A stretch of DNA of 62,309 bases, filler included. It is 8 parts of 8 records of this genome, joined end to end, with 100 filler letters (N's around TTAATTAATTAA, not from the genome) between each part and the next. Parts side by side here need not be neighbours in the genome. Positions count along the whole stretch, not along the records: positions 17,312 to 30,028 come from SRR31156797_31080; positions 30,129 to 38,086 come from SRR31156797_31085; 6 more parts are not named here. One strand, 5' to 3'. The notes beneath the pieces were generated by a model. It did no database searches, was not told the origin of the DNA, and was given only the letters and a program-made list of their open reading frames with translations. Below, one piece after another: positions 19,760 to 32,923 of the stretch (the first letter of the stretch is position 1; each line of letters starts with the position of its first letter). The position numbers and the translations under genes are program-made.

Positions 19760-19975
19760 ACCTAACATTGTATGCCAAACAAAAAACTAAAAGTCAATCC
19801 GCTGTCAAAATTTAACCGTTTCCCCACAGACGTCTCAGGCAAATGATATACGCCAAAGCCGACGGGGGAGAGCAAGTAGAATACCGGGAGATGTTAGCCC
19901 CGTCCGGCCCATGGGTATAAGATATCCAAAATTTTAACCCAATATTCCATCCCCACGGAACAAGGAGAGTGTGAC

Positions 19976-21049
19976 ATGGAACGGCGACGTTTTTTAAAAG
20001 GATTGGCAGCAGCCTCGGCAGGGTTGGCCTTCAGCAGTGGTATCGGCCCCATGGTAAAGAATGCCCATGCAAAGAATAACAAGGAAGATTTTGGTGAAGT
20101 CAAACGCATCAAGGTTGAATGCATATCGGAAACCGGCTGGTTTGATAATTCCATTCTGGGCAAGGATGTGAAGGCGGGGGGCGGTATCAAAGCAAGCCAG
20201 TATGATATTACTTATAACGAAGAAAACCTCGGGGGGTATGCGGCCCTGATCGAGGTGGAAGCCCTTGACGGCAAAAAGACCAGATATCTTTTAGATAGCG
20301 GCTGGAGCACCGACTGGATGGATTATGTTTTTAAAAGAAGCGGGGTGGACAGGATGCTCCGGGACAGGGAGATTGAAACCATGGTGATTTCCCATGATCA
20401 CAACGATCATTATTTCGGCATTGAAAGCACCCTGAAACATCAGCCCGATATCAAGATGTACTTTCCCTCCACGGCCATGGAAAAAAGCTTTGCGCTTTTA
20501 AAAGGCGCTGATTTTTCCCAGAACCCGGGATGCCCTAAAAACGCATTCCCCCATACGGGCGAACTGACCATCACCCGGCCGGACACCCGTTATAAGCTCC
20601 AGGAGGGGGCTGCCCTGGTATTCTTTGACACCCCCCCGGCCCTCCAGGTCAGGGGTGAAAACGTCATGTATTTTAAAATAAAGGATAAGGGGTATGTCAT
20701 TGTCACGGGCTGTGGCCACCCCGGAATCATGACCCTCATCAATTATGCCAACCGCAATTTCAAAGGGGGCGAAAAGATCTATGGATGCTATGGCGGACTG
20801 CATATTTCACCCTTTGAAACCTGGAACCCCCAAATGGATGATGTCATCGCGGGAATCCGGCAATACGATATAAAAAAAATTGCCTGCAACCACTGCACCG
20901 GCAGAATCTGGACGGAAAAAGCGATCAAAGCCGGATTGCCCATCGTGAAAGGCACAAACAGGTTTCGCTCCTACAAAAAGGTCGGACGCCTTGCAAAGGC
21001 CAGCGCCTCAAACCTCTATACGAGCAATGGAGATACGGTCGTCTTCTAA
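19976..21049 (+). CDS. Tat-exported MBL-fold metallohydrolase (COG1237-like)
   Basis: Twin-arginine ERRRFLK signal; LLDSG, SHDHNDH, TGCGHPG, GGLH, NHCTG. Confidence 0.85.
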   Translation: MERRRFLKGLAAASAGLAFSSGIGPMVKNAHAKNNKEDFGEVKRIKVECISETGWFDNSILGKDVKAGGGIKASQYDITYNEENLGGYAALIEVEALDGKKTRYLLDSGWSTDWMDYVFKRSGVDRMLRDREIETMVISHDHNDHYFGIESTLKHQPDIKMYFPSTAMEKSFALLKGADFSQNPGCPKNAFPHTGELTITRPDTRYKLQEGAALVFFDTPPALQVRGENVMYFKIKDKGYVIVTGCGHPGIMTLINYANRNFKGGEKIYGCYGGLHISPFETWNPQMDDVIAGIRQYDIKKIACNHCTGRIWTEKAIKAGLPIVKGTNRFRSYKKVGRLAKASASNLYTSNGDTVVF

Positions 21050-21127
21050 CCTGGCGTACAATTGCGCAGCCGTTCGCTTGCCTGGCTTTTGACGACACGA
21101 CCGGGTCCCCCAAGGCCCACACAGGTG

Positions 21128-24100
21128 TCAGGATTTTTTACGCCGTTCCCCTTCGAGCAGGGCCTGGAACCGGTCCGCCGGCACCGGGGGACTGTAGTAA
21201 TACCCCTGGATCTCATCGCAACGGTTGGTGCGCATAAACGCAAGCTGGTCCTCGGTCTCCACCCCTTCGGCCACGGTTTTCATGTTCAGGCTCTTTGCCA
21301 TGGAGAGGATGGTGCGGGCGATCACCATGTCGTCCTTGCTGTTGGGGATCTCCCGGACAAAGGACTGGTCCACCTTGAGGATGGACACGGGAAAGCGTTT
21401 CAGGTAACTCAGGGAGGAATACCCGGTGCCGAAATCATCGATGGAAAAGCTCACCCCCAGGTCCGCGATCCGGTTCATGGTGTCAATGGCCGCTTCCACA
21501 TCGTACATCACCAGGCTCTCGGTGATCTCCAGGTTGAGGAACCGGGGATGGAGTCCGGCAGTGTCGAGGGCGGCCTGGATCTTATTTGCCAGCGCCTTGT
21601 CCCGGAACTGCACGGCCGAAAGGTTCACGGCGATCTTGAGGGATTCGTATCCCAGGTCATGCCATTGTTTGGTCTGGATGCACGCCTGGTTGAGCACCCA
21701 GGTGCCGATGGGTTCGATCACCCCGGTCTCCTCAGCAACGGGGATGAAGTCCCCCGGGGAGATGAGCCCCTTTTCAGCGTGGTCCCATCGTACCAGGGCC
21801 TCCATGCCCGAAATCTTTCCGGTTTCAACCGACACCTTGGGCTGGTAATAGAGCTTGAATTCGTTCTTCCCAAGGCCCCGCCGCAGGTCCGCCTCCAGTT
21901 CGATCCGTTTGATCATCCGCTGGTTCATGCCGGTCTCAAACAGGGAATAGCTGTTCTTGCCCGAAGCCTTGGTCTTGTGCATGGCGATCTCAGCGTTCTG
22001 GATCAAGGCCGAGGGGGTGGTTCCGTCCGTGGGAAACAGGCTGATTCCGATGCTGATGTTGGCGAAGATCTCCTTGCCCTCCACCAGAAAGGGGCGTTCA
22101 AACAGGGCCATCATGTCCGTTGCGCAGGCCACCGCCTCCTTGGCATTGGCAATGCTGTTGAGGATGATGTTGAACTGGTCCCCCCCGAACCGGGAGACCG
22201 TTGTCTTGTCCGTGAACACCTGGGAAATCCGTTTCCCGACCTCCTGAAGAAAAAGGTCGCCGATATGGTGTCCAAGGCTCTCATTGACATGCTTGAAGTT
22301 ATCCAGGTCCAGGCAGATAACGGCCACCTGAAGCTTGTTCTTCTGGGCGATGCTGAGGGACCGTTCCAGTCGGTCCTCAAAGAGCAGGCGGTTGGGCAGC
22401 CCGGTCAGGCCGTCGTGGTAGGTCCTGAACCTGAGCTTTTCCTGGCTGCGCTTGATCTCGGTCATGTCGTGGAACACCGCCACATAGCGTGCCACCCTGC
22501 CCTGATTGTCCGTGACGGCGGTGATGGAAAGCCATTCAGGATAAGCTTCCCCGCTCTTTTTGCGGTTCCAGATTTCTCCGCTCCACTGGCCCTTTAGTTT
22601 CAGGTCCGCCCACATGTTTTCGTAAAATTCCGGGGAGTGGCGGTCCGACTTGAGGATCCGGGGATTCTGGCCCACCGCTTCCCTGGCCGAGTACCCGGTG
22701 ATCCCCTCAAAGGCCGGGTTGACCCGCTGGATGGTACCATCGGCATCGGTGACGGTGATGCCCTCGATGCTGTTTTCAAACACGCTGTCGGAGAGCAACA
22801 ACAGGTTTTCATAACGCTTTTTTTCCGTGATTTCCCGGCCATACACGTAAAAGGACTCTGTTTCCGAAATTTTGGTGGTCCTGAATAAAAATGCCCGTTT
22901 ATCCACGGAGATCTCCATCTCCGGATAATCGTCTTCACCAAGGCTTTGTTCAAGCTTTTCGATCCAGTAGGAAGGAAGAGTTTTCCCCACCACAACGCCC
23001 CGGTCGAAGAAAAGGGCATGGGCCGTCCGGTTCAGGTAGAGCAGGGTAAAATCAGGGGAAACCCGGAGAACGGGGTTGGGACTTTCATCGGGAAACTTCG
23101 CCAGCACCCGGATGCGCTCTTTAGACTGTTTCAGCTCAAGGATTTTATCGTTCAGCTCAAAGGCGTAGTTTTCAAAGGTTTCCATGAACCGGTTGAAATG
23201 CCGGGCCAGGAGCTTGTATTCATAGGTATCGGATTCCTCTTTGATGCGCACGGAGAAATCCCCGGAGATGCCCTTACCAAAGGTATCGATCAACCCCTTG
23301 ACCGGCCGGTTCAGATTGTTGCTCAGCCAGAGGATCACAAGGAGGATCACCAGGGACGCCACCAGGCCCGTCAACCAGAAGGCCCGTTGAATCTGGGAGG
23401 CTGCGGTATTAAACTCATCCACGTAGGCTGCGCTGACAAGGGTCCAGCCCAGGGCCGGAATCTGCCGGTGGGCATGGATCACCTGACGATCCCCCGCCCG
23501 GGTCAGGGTGACCCCACTTGGCATTGACAGGATCTTTTCCCTGGAAACACTCTCCAGCAGCAGGGGGTCGTGGCCGGGAGGGAGGGTGACCTTGCCCGTG
23601 GCGTCCATGATAAAGGTGTACCCGGATTGGCCGAACCTGAAGGCCGAGACCGCCCTGGACAGCGCCTCGGGCCGCACAAGATCCGAAAACTCCTCCTTGT
23701 AGCTCGAGGCGCAAACGATCAGATCCCAGGGGTCGAACCGCTTCATATAAAGGACCTTCCGCCGGGGGACCGCCTCGTCGGGATTTTGCCACTCATATTC
23801 CAGGTACCTGGCCTTGGCCCCCAGCATCTCTTTGACAAACGCCCGGGACGAGACATCCCTGCCCACCAGGGCGGACTGGGGATGGGCCTTGACAATGCCC
23901 CCGGAGTCGAGGCAATAGAGGTAACCGGAGGTACCGATGGGCTCGGATATCAATTCCTTGAACGCCCTGGCCCTGGCATCCCTTTCCGTGGCATACCCCC
24001 GTTTCACATTGTCCAGGTGAAGGCCAAGGGCCTCGACCCGCTTTTCCACAATGGCCCGGAGGTGATTTTGAATAACCAGGTCCGCCGTCTCAGCCACCAT

Positions 24101-24277
24101 GCCGTGGATCGAATCCAGGGCCGCGTTCATCTGACGGGTGATATCGTCGTCAATGCTCCTTTTTACAAGGGAGTAGGTCAGGAGGGAAGACCCCGCCAAC
24201 ATAAGAACAAACACCGAAAAATAGGTGATGAACAATTTTGTCCTGATCCGCAAATTTCCCTGTCCCGCAAACATCAC
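21128..24277 (-). CDS. Membrane Cache-HAMP-PAS-GGDEF-EAL c-di-GMP protein, likely a phosphodiesterase
   Basis: Two TMs, Cache motifs (GTSGYLY, GQSGYTF), PAS, degenerate GGDQF, intact EAL and DDFGTGYSS. Confidence 0.92.
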   Translation of the reverse strand: MMFAGQGNLRIRTKLFITYFSVFVLMLAGSSLLTYSLVKRSIDDDITRQMNAALDSIHGMVAETADLVIQNHLRAIVEKRVEALGLHLDNVKRGYATERDARARAFKELISEPIGTSGYLYCLDSGGIVKAHPQSALVGRDVSSRAFVKEMLGAKARYLEYEWQNPDEAVPRRKVLYMKRFDPWDLIVCASSYKEEFSDLVRPEALSRAVSAFRFGQSGYTFIMDATGKVTLPPGHDPLLLESVSREKILSMPSGVTLTRAGDRQVIHAHRQIPALGWTLVSAAYVDEFNTAASQIQRAFWLTGLVASLVILLVILWLSNNLNRPVKGLIDTFGKGISGDFSVRIKEESDTYEYKLLARHFNRFMETFENYAFELNDKILELKQSKERIRVLAKFPDESPNPVLRVSPDFTLLYLNRTAHALFFDRGVVVGKTLPSYWIEKLEQSLGEDDYPEMEISVDKRAFLFRTTKISETESFYVYGREITEKKRYENLLLLSDSVFENSIEGITVTDADGTIQRVNPAFEGITGYSAREAVGQNPRILKSDRHSPEFYENMWADLKLKGQWSGEIWNRKKSGEAYPEWLSITAVTDNQGRVARYVAVFHDMTEIKRSQEKLRFRTYHDGLTGLPNRLLFEDRLERSLSIAQKNKLQVAVICLDLDNFKHVNESLGHHIGDLFLQEVGKRISQVFTDKTTVSRFGGDQFNIILNSIANAKEAVACATDMMALFERPFLVEGKEIFANISIGISLFPTDGTTPSALIQNAEIAMHKTKASGKNSYSLFETGMNQRMIKRIELEADLRRGLGKNEFKLYYQPKVSVETGKISGMEALVRWDHAEKGLISPGDFIPVAEETGVIEPIGTWVLNQACIQTKQWHDLGYESLKIAVNLSAVQFRDKALANKIQAALDTAGLHPRFLNLEITESLVMYDVEAAIDTMNRIADLGVSFSIDDFGTGYSSLSYLKRFPVSILKVDQSFVREIPNSKDDMVIARTILSMAKSLNMKTVAEGVETEDQLAFMRTNRCDEIQGYYYSPPVPADRFQALLEGERRKKS

Positions 24278-24583
24278 TTCCCTCCTAAGGTGTCAATGGC
24301 TTCAAATCCCCTAAGATTACGTTTCCACGGCGGTTTTGTCAAACCCTGCTCCTGTTTCAGGCTTACAACCGCCCCGGCAGACGCCTCAACCGGCCCGCCA
24401 AAGGAAAGGCCAGGTTCAGGTTGACACCAACGGTCCATTTCCCCTATAGTTTTTTTATCACAGCTGAAACGCCCACTGTTTCCTGCCATCCATGCGCCGG
24501 ACGCTTCTGCCTGACATTGGCGGGCCCAGACCCTTTTTTCTTGTTACGCCATAACTTCAAACCCATCCATCACAGGGGGAACC

Positions 24584-27334
<2,751 letters not shown>

Positions 27335-27402
27335 ATCAACGATTCAAAAGGGACTCAACAGGCCTTGCCGGGTATGAACCATGGCCGCCTGCTGAGGAGA
27401 AA

Positions 27403-28254
27403 TCATCCGGCAAGGCCGTCCGCCATCAGGGCGGCCATGAAGATCCCCAGGGAGACGTTGAGGACCCGGAATCCCAGGCGGGCCGACCCGATGCCCCCCA
27501 TCCGGGAGCGTCCCCAGAAAAAAAGCACCACCCCGATGCCGTTGCCCCCGAGAATCCAGGCAACCATTCCCATAAGGTCGGGCTTGAACAGCACAAACAT
27601 GGCAAGGCAGCTCCCCCAGAGGGAGACCCAGACCAGGAGGATCCGCTCCAGCTGATCCCGCCGGAACAGGGCCGGCAGCGGATGGGGGTCTTCCCAGGGC
27701 TGGGAGAGGACCACCAGCCAAAAGTGAGGCAGCTGCCACACAACCATCAGGGCCATCACGGCCCACAGTCCCGGGGGAAGCTGCCGGCCAACGGCCCCGG
27801 ACCACCCCATGGCCACGGGCACGGCCCCGGCAAGGGCCCCCGGCACCATGGCCCAGACGGTGCGTGACTTCAAGGGGGTATAGATCCCGTTGTACAGCAC
27901 CACTCCTGCCAGGCCCCACCAGCAGGGAGCGGGCCCTCCTCCGCCCCGGATAAGCCCGGCCAGGCCCAGGCCCAGAAAAAGCACGGCCTGGACCAGCACC
28001 CCAGCGGGTGCAAGCCGTCCCATGGGAAGGGCACGCCCACGGGTGCGCGCTAGCAGCCGGTCCCCCTGCCGGTCCTGGAAATTATTGAGGCAGGCGCTGC
28101 CGAAAAAGAGGCAAAAGGCGGCCGGAGCCTGTGTCAGGAACCGGTCAAGGCGCCCGGAGCCGTCAAAGGCGATGCCCAGGCAGGAGGAGAGGGTCAGGGC
28201 CAGGCACAGCAGGGGCTTGCCCACCCAAATCCGGTCCCACCCCCGGCTACTCAT
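27403..28254 (-). CDS. ctaB: Protoheme IX farnesyltransferase (UbiA family)
   Basis: LNNFQDRQGD..RTRGRALP, YNGIYTPLK, GALAGAVP, WQLPHFW. Confidence 0.85.
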   Translation of the reverse strand: MSSRGWDRIWVGKPLLCLALTLSSCLGIAFDGSGRLDRFLTQAPAAFCLFFGSACLNNFQDRQGDRLLARTRGRALPMGRLAPAGVLVQAVLFLGLGLAGLIRGGGGPAPCWWGLAGVVLYNGIYTPLKSRTVWAMVPGALAGAVPVAMGWSGAVGRQLPPGLWAVMALMVVWQLPHFWLVVLSQPWEDPHPLPALFRRDQLERILLVWVSLWGSCLAMFVLFKPDLMGMVAWILGGNGIGVVLFFWGRSRMGGIGSARLGFRVLNVSLGIFMAALMADGLAG

Positions 28255-28861
28255 CCTCCTCCTCGGTCTCGAGCCAGGCCAGGTACGCTTCCTCGGTCAC
28301 CACCCGGAGCACCGCGGTCATGTCGGCATGGCCCACCCCGCAGAACTCGCTGCACTGGACAAAATAGGTGCCCTCCTCGTCGGGGAGGAACCAGGCATAG
28401 GTATGCACCCCGGGAACAGCGTCCACCTTGATGCGAAAGGCCGGAATAAAGAGCCCGTGGATCACGTCGTCGGAGGTGATTTCCAGACGCACGGGCCTGC
28501 CCAGGGGCACCACCAGCTCGTCCTCGGTTTCCTTGTCGTTGGGATAGATGAAAATCCAGGAATACATCATGGCCACGGCCTCGATGGTGATGGCGTCGTC
28601 CGGCACGTTCCGGAGCCCGGCATAGGAGCGCCAGCCGATCCAGAACATGGACAGGGCGATAAGGGTGGGCACCAGGGTCCACACAAGCTCCAGGCGCCAG
28701 TCCCCCCGGATGTCGGCGGCACGGGGATGGCGCCTCCGGCTGTACCGGAACACGAACCAGACCATGGTGGCGGTGATGGCAAACAATAGAAACAGGGAAA
28801 AGCCGATGATATAGATGAAGGCCGCATCCACCTGGCCAACCGGATTGATGATCGTCTCCAT
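28247..28861 (-). CDS. coxB: Heme-copper oxidase subunit II
   Basis: LELVWTLVP, DVIH, CSEFCGVGHADM CuA site; no CxxCH. Confidence 0.93.
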   Translation of the reverse strand: METIINPVGQVDAAFIYIIGFSLFLLFAITATMVWFVFRYSRRRHPRAADIRGDWRLELVWTLVPTLIALSMFWIGWRSYAGLRNVPDDAITIEAVAMMYSWIFIYPNDKETEDELVVPLGRPVRLEITSDDVIHGLFIPAFRIKVDAVPGVHTYAWFLPDEEGTYFVQCSEFCGVGHADMTAVLRVVTEEAYLAWLETEEEDE

Positions 28862-28869
28862 GGTTCCCC

Positions 28870-29145
28870 CTAGCGAAAGGCCACGTCCCAGAACATGAAT
28901 CCGATGAACAGGGCCAGCACGCAAATGGTCAAGAGAAACGAGCCCTTGATCAGCCAGGATTCGTACTTCAGGTGCATGAAAAAAAGCAATACCAGCGCGC
29001 TCTTCATCCCGGCGACCCCCATGGCCGTCCACAGGCTGAGGCTGCCCAGGTCCAGGCGGGAGACCCCGACAGTGACGGCGGTGAGCACCAAAAGTACCCC
29101 GAGAACGCCCCCGAGCTTTTTATAGGATTGGATATGCGGGTCCAT
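28870..29145 (-). CDS. coxD: Heme-copper oxidase subunit IV
   Basis: LLVLTAVTV..KSALVLLFFMHLKYE. Confidence 0.9.
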   Translation of the reverse strand: MDPHIQSYKKLGGVLGVLLVLTAVTVGVSRLDLGSLSLWTAMGVAGMKSALVLLFFMHLKYESWLIKGSFLLTICVLALFIGFMFWDVAFR

Positions 29146-29245
29146 CTTTTCCTCCGGGTTATAGCGTTTCGCATATGAATTGAGCCCATCTCTTACGACA
29201 ATGGGTAAGGCAGGCATCAATTCGGGTTCAAACGCCTATACCTGG

Positions 29246-29845
29246 CTACAGGATCAGGTAGAACAGCGGAAAGATAAAGATCCAGATCAGGTCCACCAGG
29301 TGCCAGTAAAGGCCGCAGTTCTCCAGGAGCACATACCGCTCCTTTTGGATTCGGCCCGTCCATGTCATGGCGATGCAGACCATAAGAAGTCCCATGCCAA
29401 TGACGATGTGAAGGGCATGGAGGCCCGTGATGGTGTAATAAAGGCCATAGAAAACGATCCGGCCCGGGGGACTCTCCTCCAGGCCCGGGGAGCCCGGATA
29501 GATCCCCAGCTGAAACTTGTGGCCCCACTCATAATATTTGTTGACCAGAAACACCAGGCCCAGCAGGACCGCCCCGGCAAGAAAGGCCATGGTCCCCTTG
29601 GTCTGGCTTCTCCGGACGGCCGTGACCGAGGCGGCCACAAAAAAACTGCTCACCAGGAGAATCACGGTGTTGACGCATCCCAACACCGTGTCCAGCTCCC
29701 GGCCGGTGGCAATGAACGCCTCCGCATGGATCCGGTAATAGGCGGCATAGAGCACGAACAGTCCGCCAAAGAGCATGATCTCCGTATAGAGAAACAGCCA
29801 CATGCCGGTGCGGATGCCAACCGTGTCCTGGTGTGAGCCCATCAT
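29246..29845 (-). CDS. coxC: Heme-copper oxidase subunit III
   Basis: GMWLFLYTEIMLFGGLF, TGLHALH, GLYWHLVDLIW. Confidence 0.94.
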   Translation of the reverse strand: MMGSHQDTVGIRTGMWLFLYTEIMLFGGLFVLYAAYYRIHAEAFIATGRELDTVLGCVNTVILLVSSFFVAASVTAVRRSQTKGTMAFLAGAVLLGLVFLVNKYYEWGHKFQLGIYPGSPGLEESPPGRIVFYGLYYTITGLHALHIVIGMGLLMVCIAMTWTGRIQKERYVLLENCGLYWHLVDLIWIFIFPLFYLIL

Positions 29846-30028
29846 TTCCCTCCGGGGGACCCGACCCGGGTAAAATCATAGGGATACGGCCCGGGCCGAG
29901 GCGTTTCAATGAAATTATGCAGGGGCGGCGGTGACGGCACCGCCCACTCCAGGGTGGTCCCGCCCCAGGGATCGGCCGGGGCGTCCGCCGCCCGTTTCAG
30001 GCTCATCCCAAGATTGATGAACATGAGA
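29842..30028 (-). CDS. coxA: Heme-copper oxidase subunit I, C-terminal tail
   Basis: DPWGGTTLEWAVPSPPPLHNF..PYDF. Confidence 0.88.
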
Positions 30029-30128
30029 NNNNNNNNNNNNNNNNNNNNNNNNNNNNNNNNNNNNNNNNNNNNTTAATTAATTAANNNNNNNNNNNNNNNN
30101 NNNNNNNNNNNNNNNNNNNNNNNNNNNN
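30029..30128. other. Artificial contig linker
   Basis: N-run + TTAATTAATTAA. Confidence 0.99.
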
Positions 30129-30263
30129 GATCTGTTCTGGTTGAAGGCAGCTGATATTCGCACGGGCCTAATCCCTCCACCTTTGGCGGAGGACCCTAAT
30201 AGGCTATAGCGATCCGGGGAAAAATAAATAAGATTCGGGCAGGCACCGGAAGGGAAAAACCGT

Positions 30264-31124
30264 ATGAAACCAACACCTGAGACTCCACTACCGGCTGATG
30301 CCGATATTCGCAAAGCTGTTGCTCCCGTGATCTGCTATCCCGTGGATACCTTGCCGCGGCCGGATATGGATCTTTATAAAAAGGCCAGGAAGGCGTTGGA
30401 AAAAGTGGAAGAGGTGCTGGTGCAGCCCAGAGATGCCAATACGTTTAAGGTACCTGCCGGACATTTTTTCAGGATTACCAGTATGGAAGGCCCCCAGGTG
30501 GGAGACCTGAATCTTTGGGCAAAAGACAATCTGGCCGAAGGATTTTACAGCGGCAAAACCCGAGCCCTCCACGGTACTCACCTTGGCGTCGGAGACCGTA
30601 TGTGGAGTTGTTTCCCTTATCTGCGGCCCTTGGCCACCATCGTCCATGACACCCTCGACTGGTATGGGTTTGACGAATTCGGGGGCTCTGTCCATGATGT
30701 CATCGGTACCCGCTGCGATCCATATACAGGACGCCTTCTCAGCGGTGAAGACTACCATTCCTGTTGCCATTCCAATTTAATCCGGGCCTTGGCCGATGAG
30801 ACCGGACTGTCTATGGACAAGGCCGAATCCCATGTCCATGATGTGCTCAATGTATTCATGTGCACGGGATTCACAAAGGATACCCACCAGTATTTCATGA
30901 AAGCAAGCCCTGTGCGGCCGGGAGATTTCCTTGAGTTTTTTGCGGAGATTGATCTTTTAGGCGCCTTGTCTGCCTGTCCCGGTGGAGACTGCAGCGCTGA
31001 GCATTCCAGTGATACGGCTGCCTGCTATCCCTTAAAGGTGACGGTTTTCAAACCGAAAAAAGGATCCCTGAAGGATTGGACGCCGCCTGGCCCGTCTGCC
31101 TATTGCCGTAGCCATGGCCTTTAA
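30264..31124 (+). CDS. DUF1989 (urea carboxylase-associated) family protein
   Basis: EGPQVGDLN, HDVIGTRCDPY, CHSNL, LNVFM, LSACP. Confidence 0.88.
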   Translation: MKPTPETPLPADADIRKAVAPVICYPVDTLPRPDMDLYKKARKALEKVEEVLVQPRDANTFKVPAGHFFRITSMEGPQVGDLNLWAKDNLAEGFYSGKTRALHGTHLGVGDRMWSCFPYLRPLATIVHDTLDWYGFDEFGGSVHDVIGTRCDPYTGRLLSGEDYHSCCHSNLIRALADETGLSMDKAESHVHDVLNVFMCTGFTKDTHQYFMKASPVRPGDFLEFFAEIDLLGALSACPGGDCSAEHSSDTAACYPLKVTVFKPKKGSLKDWTPPGPSAYCRSHGL

Positions 31125-31328
31125 TAAAAGGCATGAGTGTATCACCCGTGCGGAACTGGGCCTGATTTACCCCTGCAAAAAAAAATAACCCTTGGCGCTT
31201 TTTAAAGGCTAAGCCCTTGAATTTATGGGATTCGTGAATAATTTTTCAGGACATCCCGTAATGAACAAGCCAAAGACAGATCACCGCCCAGCGGGAACCT
31301 TTCAACCATTAAAGAATGAGGCATCCAA

Positions 31329-31787
31329 ATGAAATTAAGATCTTTTTACAGCAGCCTTATCGCCTTTTCAGTCATAACCGCGTTTGTCATCCTGGTCGTC
31401 CCGGATTCGGTTCGCTCCCACTGCCAAATTCCCTGCGGAATCTATGACGACCATGCCCGGGTTCAGCTAATGCTTGAGGACAGCCGGACCATTCGTAAAG
31501 CTGTTACACTCATTAATGAACTTTCTGGAAACAGCGATCCCCAGGCCCAGAACCAACTGGTACGCTGGATCATGAACAAGGAAAAGCACGCCCAGAACAT
31601 TATTTCAGTCATCTCGGATTATTTCATGACCCAGCGGATAAAACCGTCCCAGGAAGATTACATGGAACGGCTGAAAAAACACCATGCCGTAATTGTGTCA
31701 GCCATGAAGGCCAAGCAAAATACGGATGCGGAGCATGCCCTGGCCCTGGAAAAAGCCATCCAAGCCCTCGAAGCGTATTACCATTAA
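31329..31787 (+). CDS. sodN: Nickel superoxide dismutase with Sec-type signal peptide
   Basis: Ni-hook HCQIPCGIYDD directly after a hydrophobic leader ending VRS. Confidence 0.93.
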   Translation: MKLRSFYSSLIAFSVITAFVILVVPDSVRSHCQIPCGIYDDHARVQLMLEDSRTIRKAVTLINELSGNSDPQAQNQLVRWIMNKEKHAQNIISVISDYFMTQRIKPSQEDYMERLKKHHAVIVSAMKAKQNTDAEHALALEKAIQALEAYYH

Positions 31788-32389
31788 TTCGTCAACAGGC
31801 CAGATAACCGGATTGATTTAGCCGGTGGAGCATCTGCAATCATACCGATTTTATTAATTTAAATCAGGGCATTACGGGTGGTCTGTTTCTACATATCTCC
31901 CATACGACTCGTTTTTAAAAAATCGACGGCCATGCAAAGGCGGTCCATATTGCATTGACTATGTCTATACAGGCTCGCCAGGCCTTTTCCGAAAAAGTAT
32001 TGACAACAGACGCGGGGAGCGGAAGTCGTTTCAAATTTTAAAACTCTTGTAGTTCACGTGACATGAGGATGAACAGAAGAGCGTTTAATCGATTGTTGCA
32101 TTACTACAACGGCATCTGGGGTTGGTTTCAATGGAGCAACAAATCGATTAAATGTGTGAACTGGATGTTAGATAGGTGCCGAATCGGCTATGGGGATTAT
32201 ATGATTTTTCTTTGGACTGGTTGCCCGGATATCAAAATTCATCAGCAAAAAAATATGAGTTACAAAGACCATCTCGGGTCTTCCAACAATTTTTATTTCC
32301 AATGTTTTGGCCCAATAGCCATCTTTTGACATACGGGTCCGATATCGTCTGTGAGGCAATTTCATAACAGATACCAATTTCAAGCTGAG

Positions 32390-32566
32390 TCATGAAGAAT
32401 CGATAAGCTGATTCGGCAGTTCCTTGATAATTGTCATTCGCCCCTTTTTACAATTGGGGCAGCACAACAGGTCCTTGCCTGTCAGTCTTTGCATCATCTC
32501 AAGATAAGTTTCTTCTATCTTTTTAGGTAACGTAGCATCAGGCTCGATAAGTTGCCGGATTATTTT
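32390..32566 (-). mobile_element. IS91-family transposase extreme C-terminal remnant
   Basis: KIIRQLIEPDATLPKKIEETYLEMMQRLTGKDLLCCPNCKKGRMTIIKELP..DSS*, resembling the terminal CPxC region of IS91 transposases. Confidence 0.6.
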
Positions 32567-32923
32567 AACCCCCCGTTCTCCGGTAAATTGAGAGTATTTA
32601 GGATATGACTATGGTTCTAAAGGTTTGTATAACCTGAATACTTTGAAAGGGGGCTCTTCCGCGAAGCGATTCCGTTCACAGGGACAGTCTGTGGGAGTCG
32701 TCCTACCGAAAAACGGAGCCTGGGCGAAGGGTCGTCTTCAACTCAACCCTTGATTTGATCTGCCATATTTTCAATCAAGGTCGCCAATAACAAAAGCAGC
32801 TAACGCCGCTTCAATAATGGCCTGGGAGTTCTTAAATACCTCCATTCAACACTTTTTCATTTATGTAAGCTTTCCTCATTTTGTTTCGGTCAATTATACT
32901 AAGAAGTAGTTGGCTTTGGCTTG

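Noticed and set aside
30129-30263. Guanidine riboswitch upstream of DUF1989
   Set aside because: No recognisable guanidine-I, -II or -III consensus in the short visible leader
27403-31787. Oxidase operon plus NiSOD as one oxygen-defence island
   Set aside because: A linker at 30029-30128 separates them
32640-32720. Group II intron 3' end (GGGGGCTC..GTCCTACC)
   Set aside because: No domain V motif upstream and no reverse-transcriptase remnant
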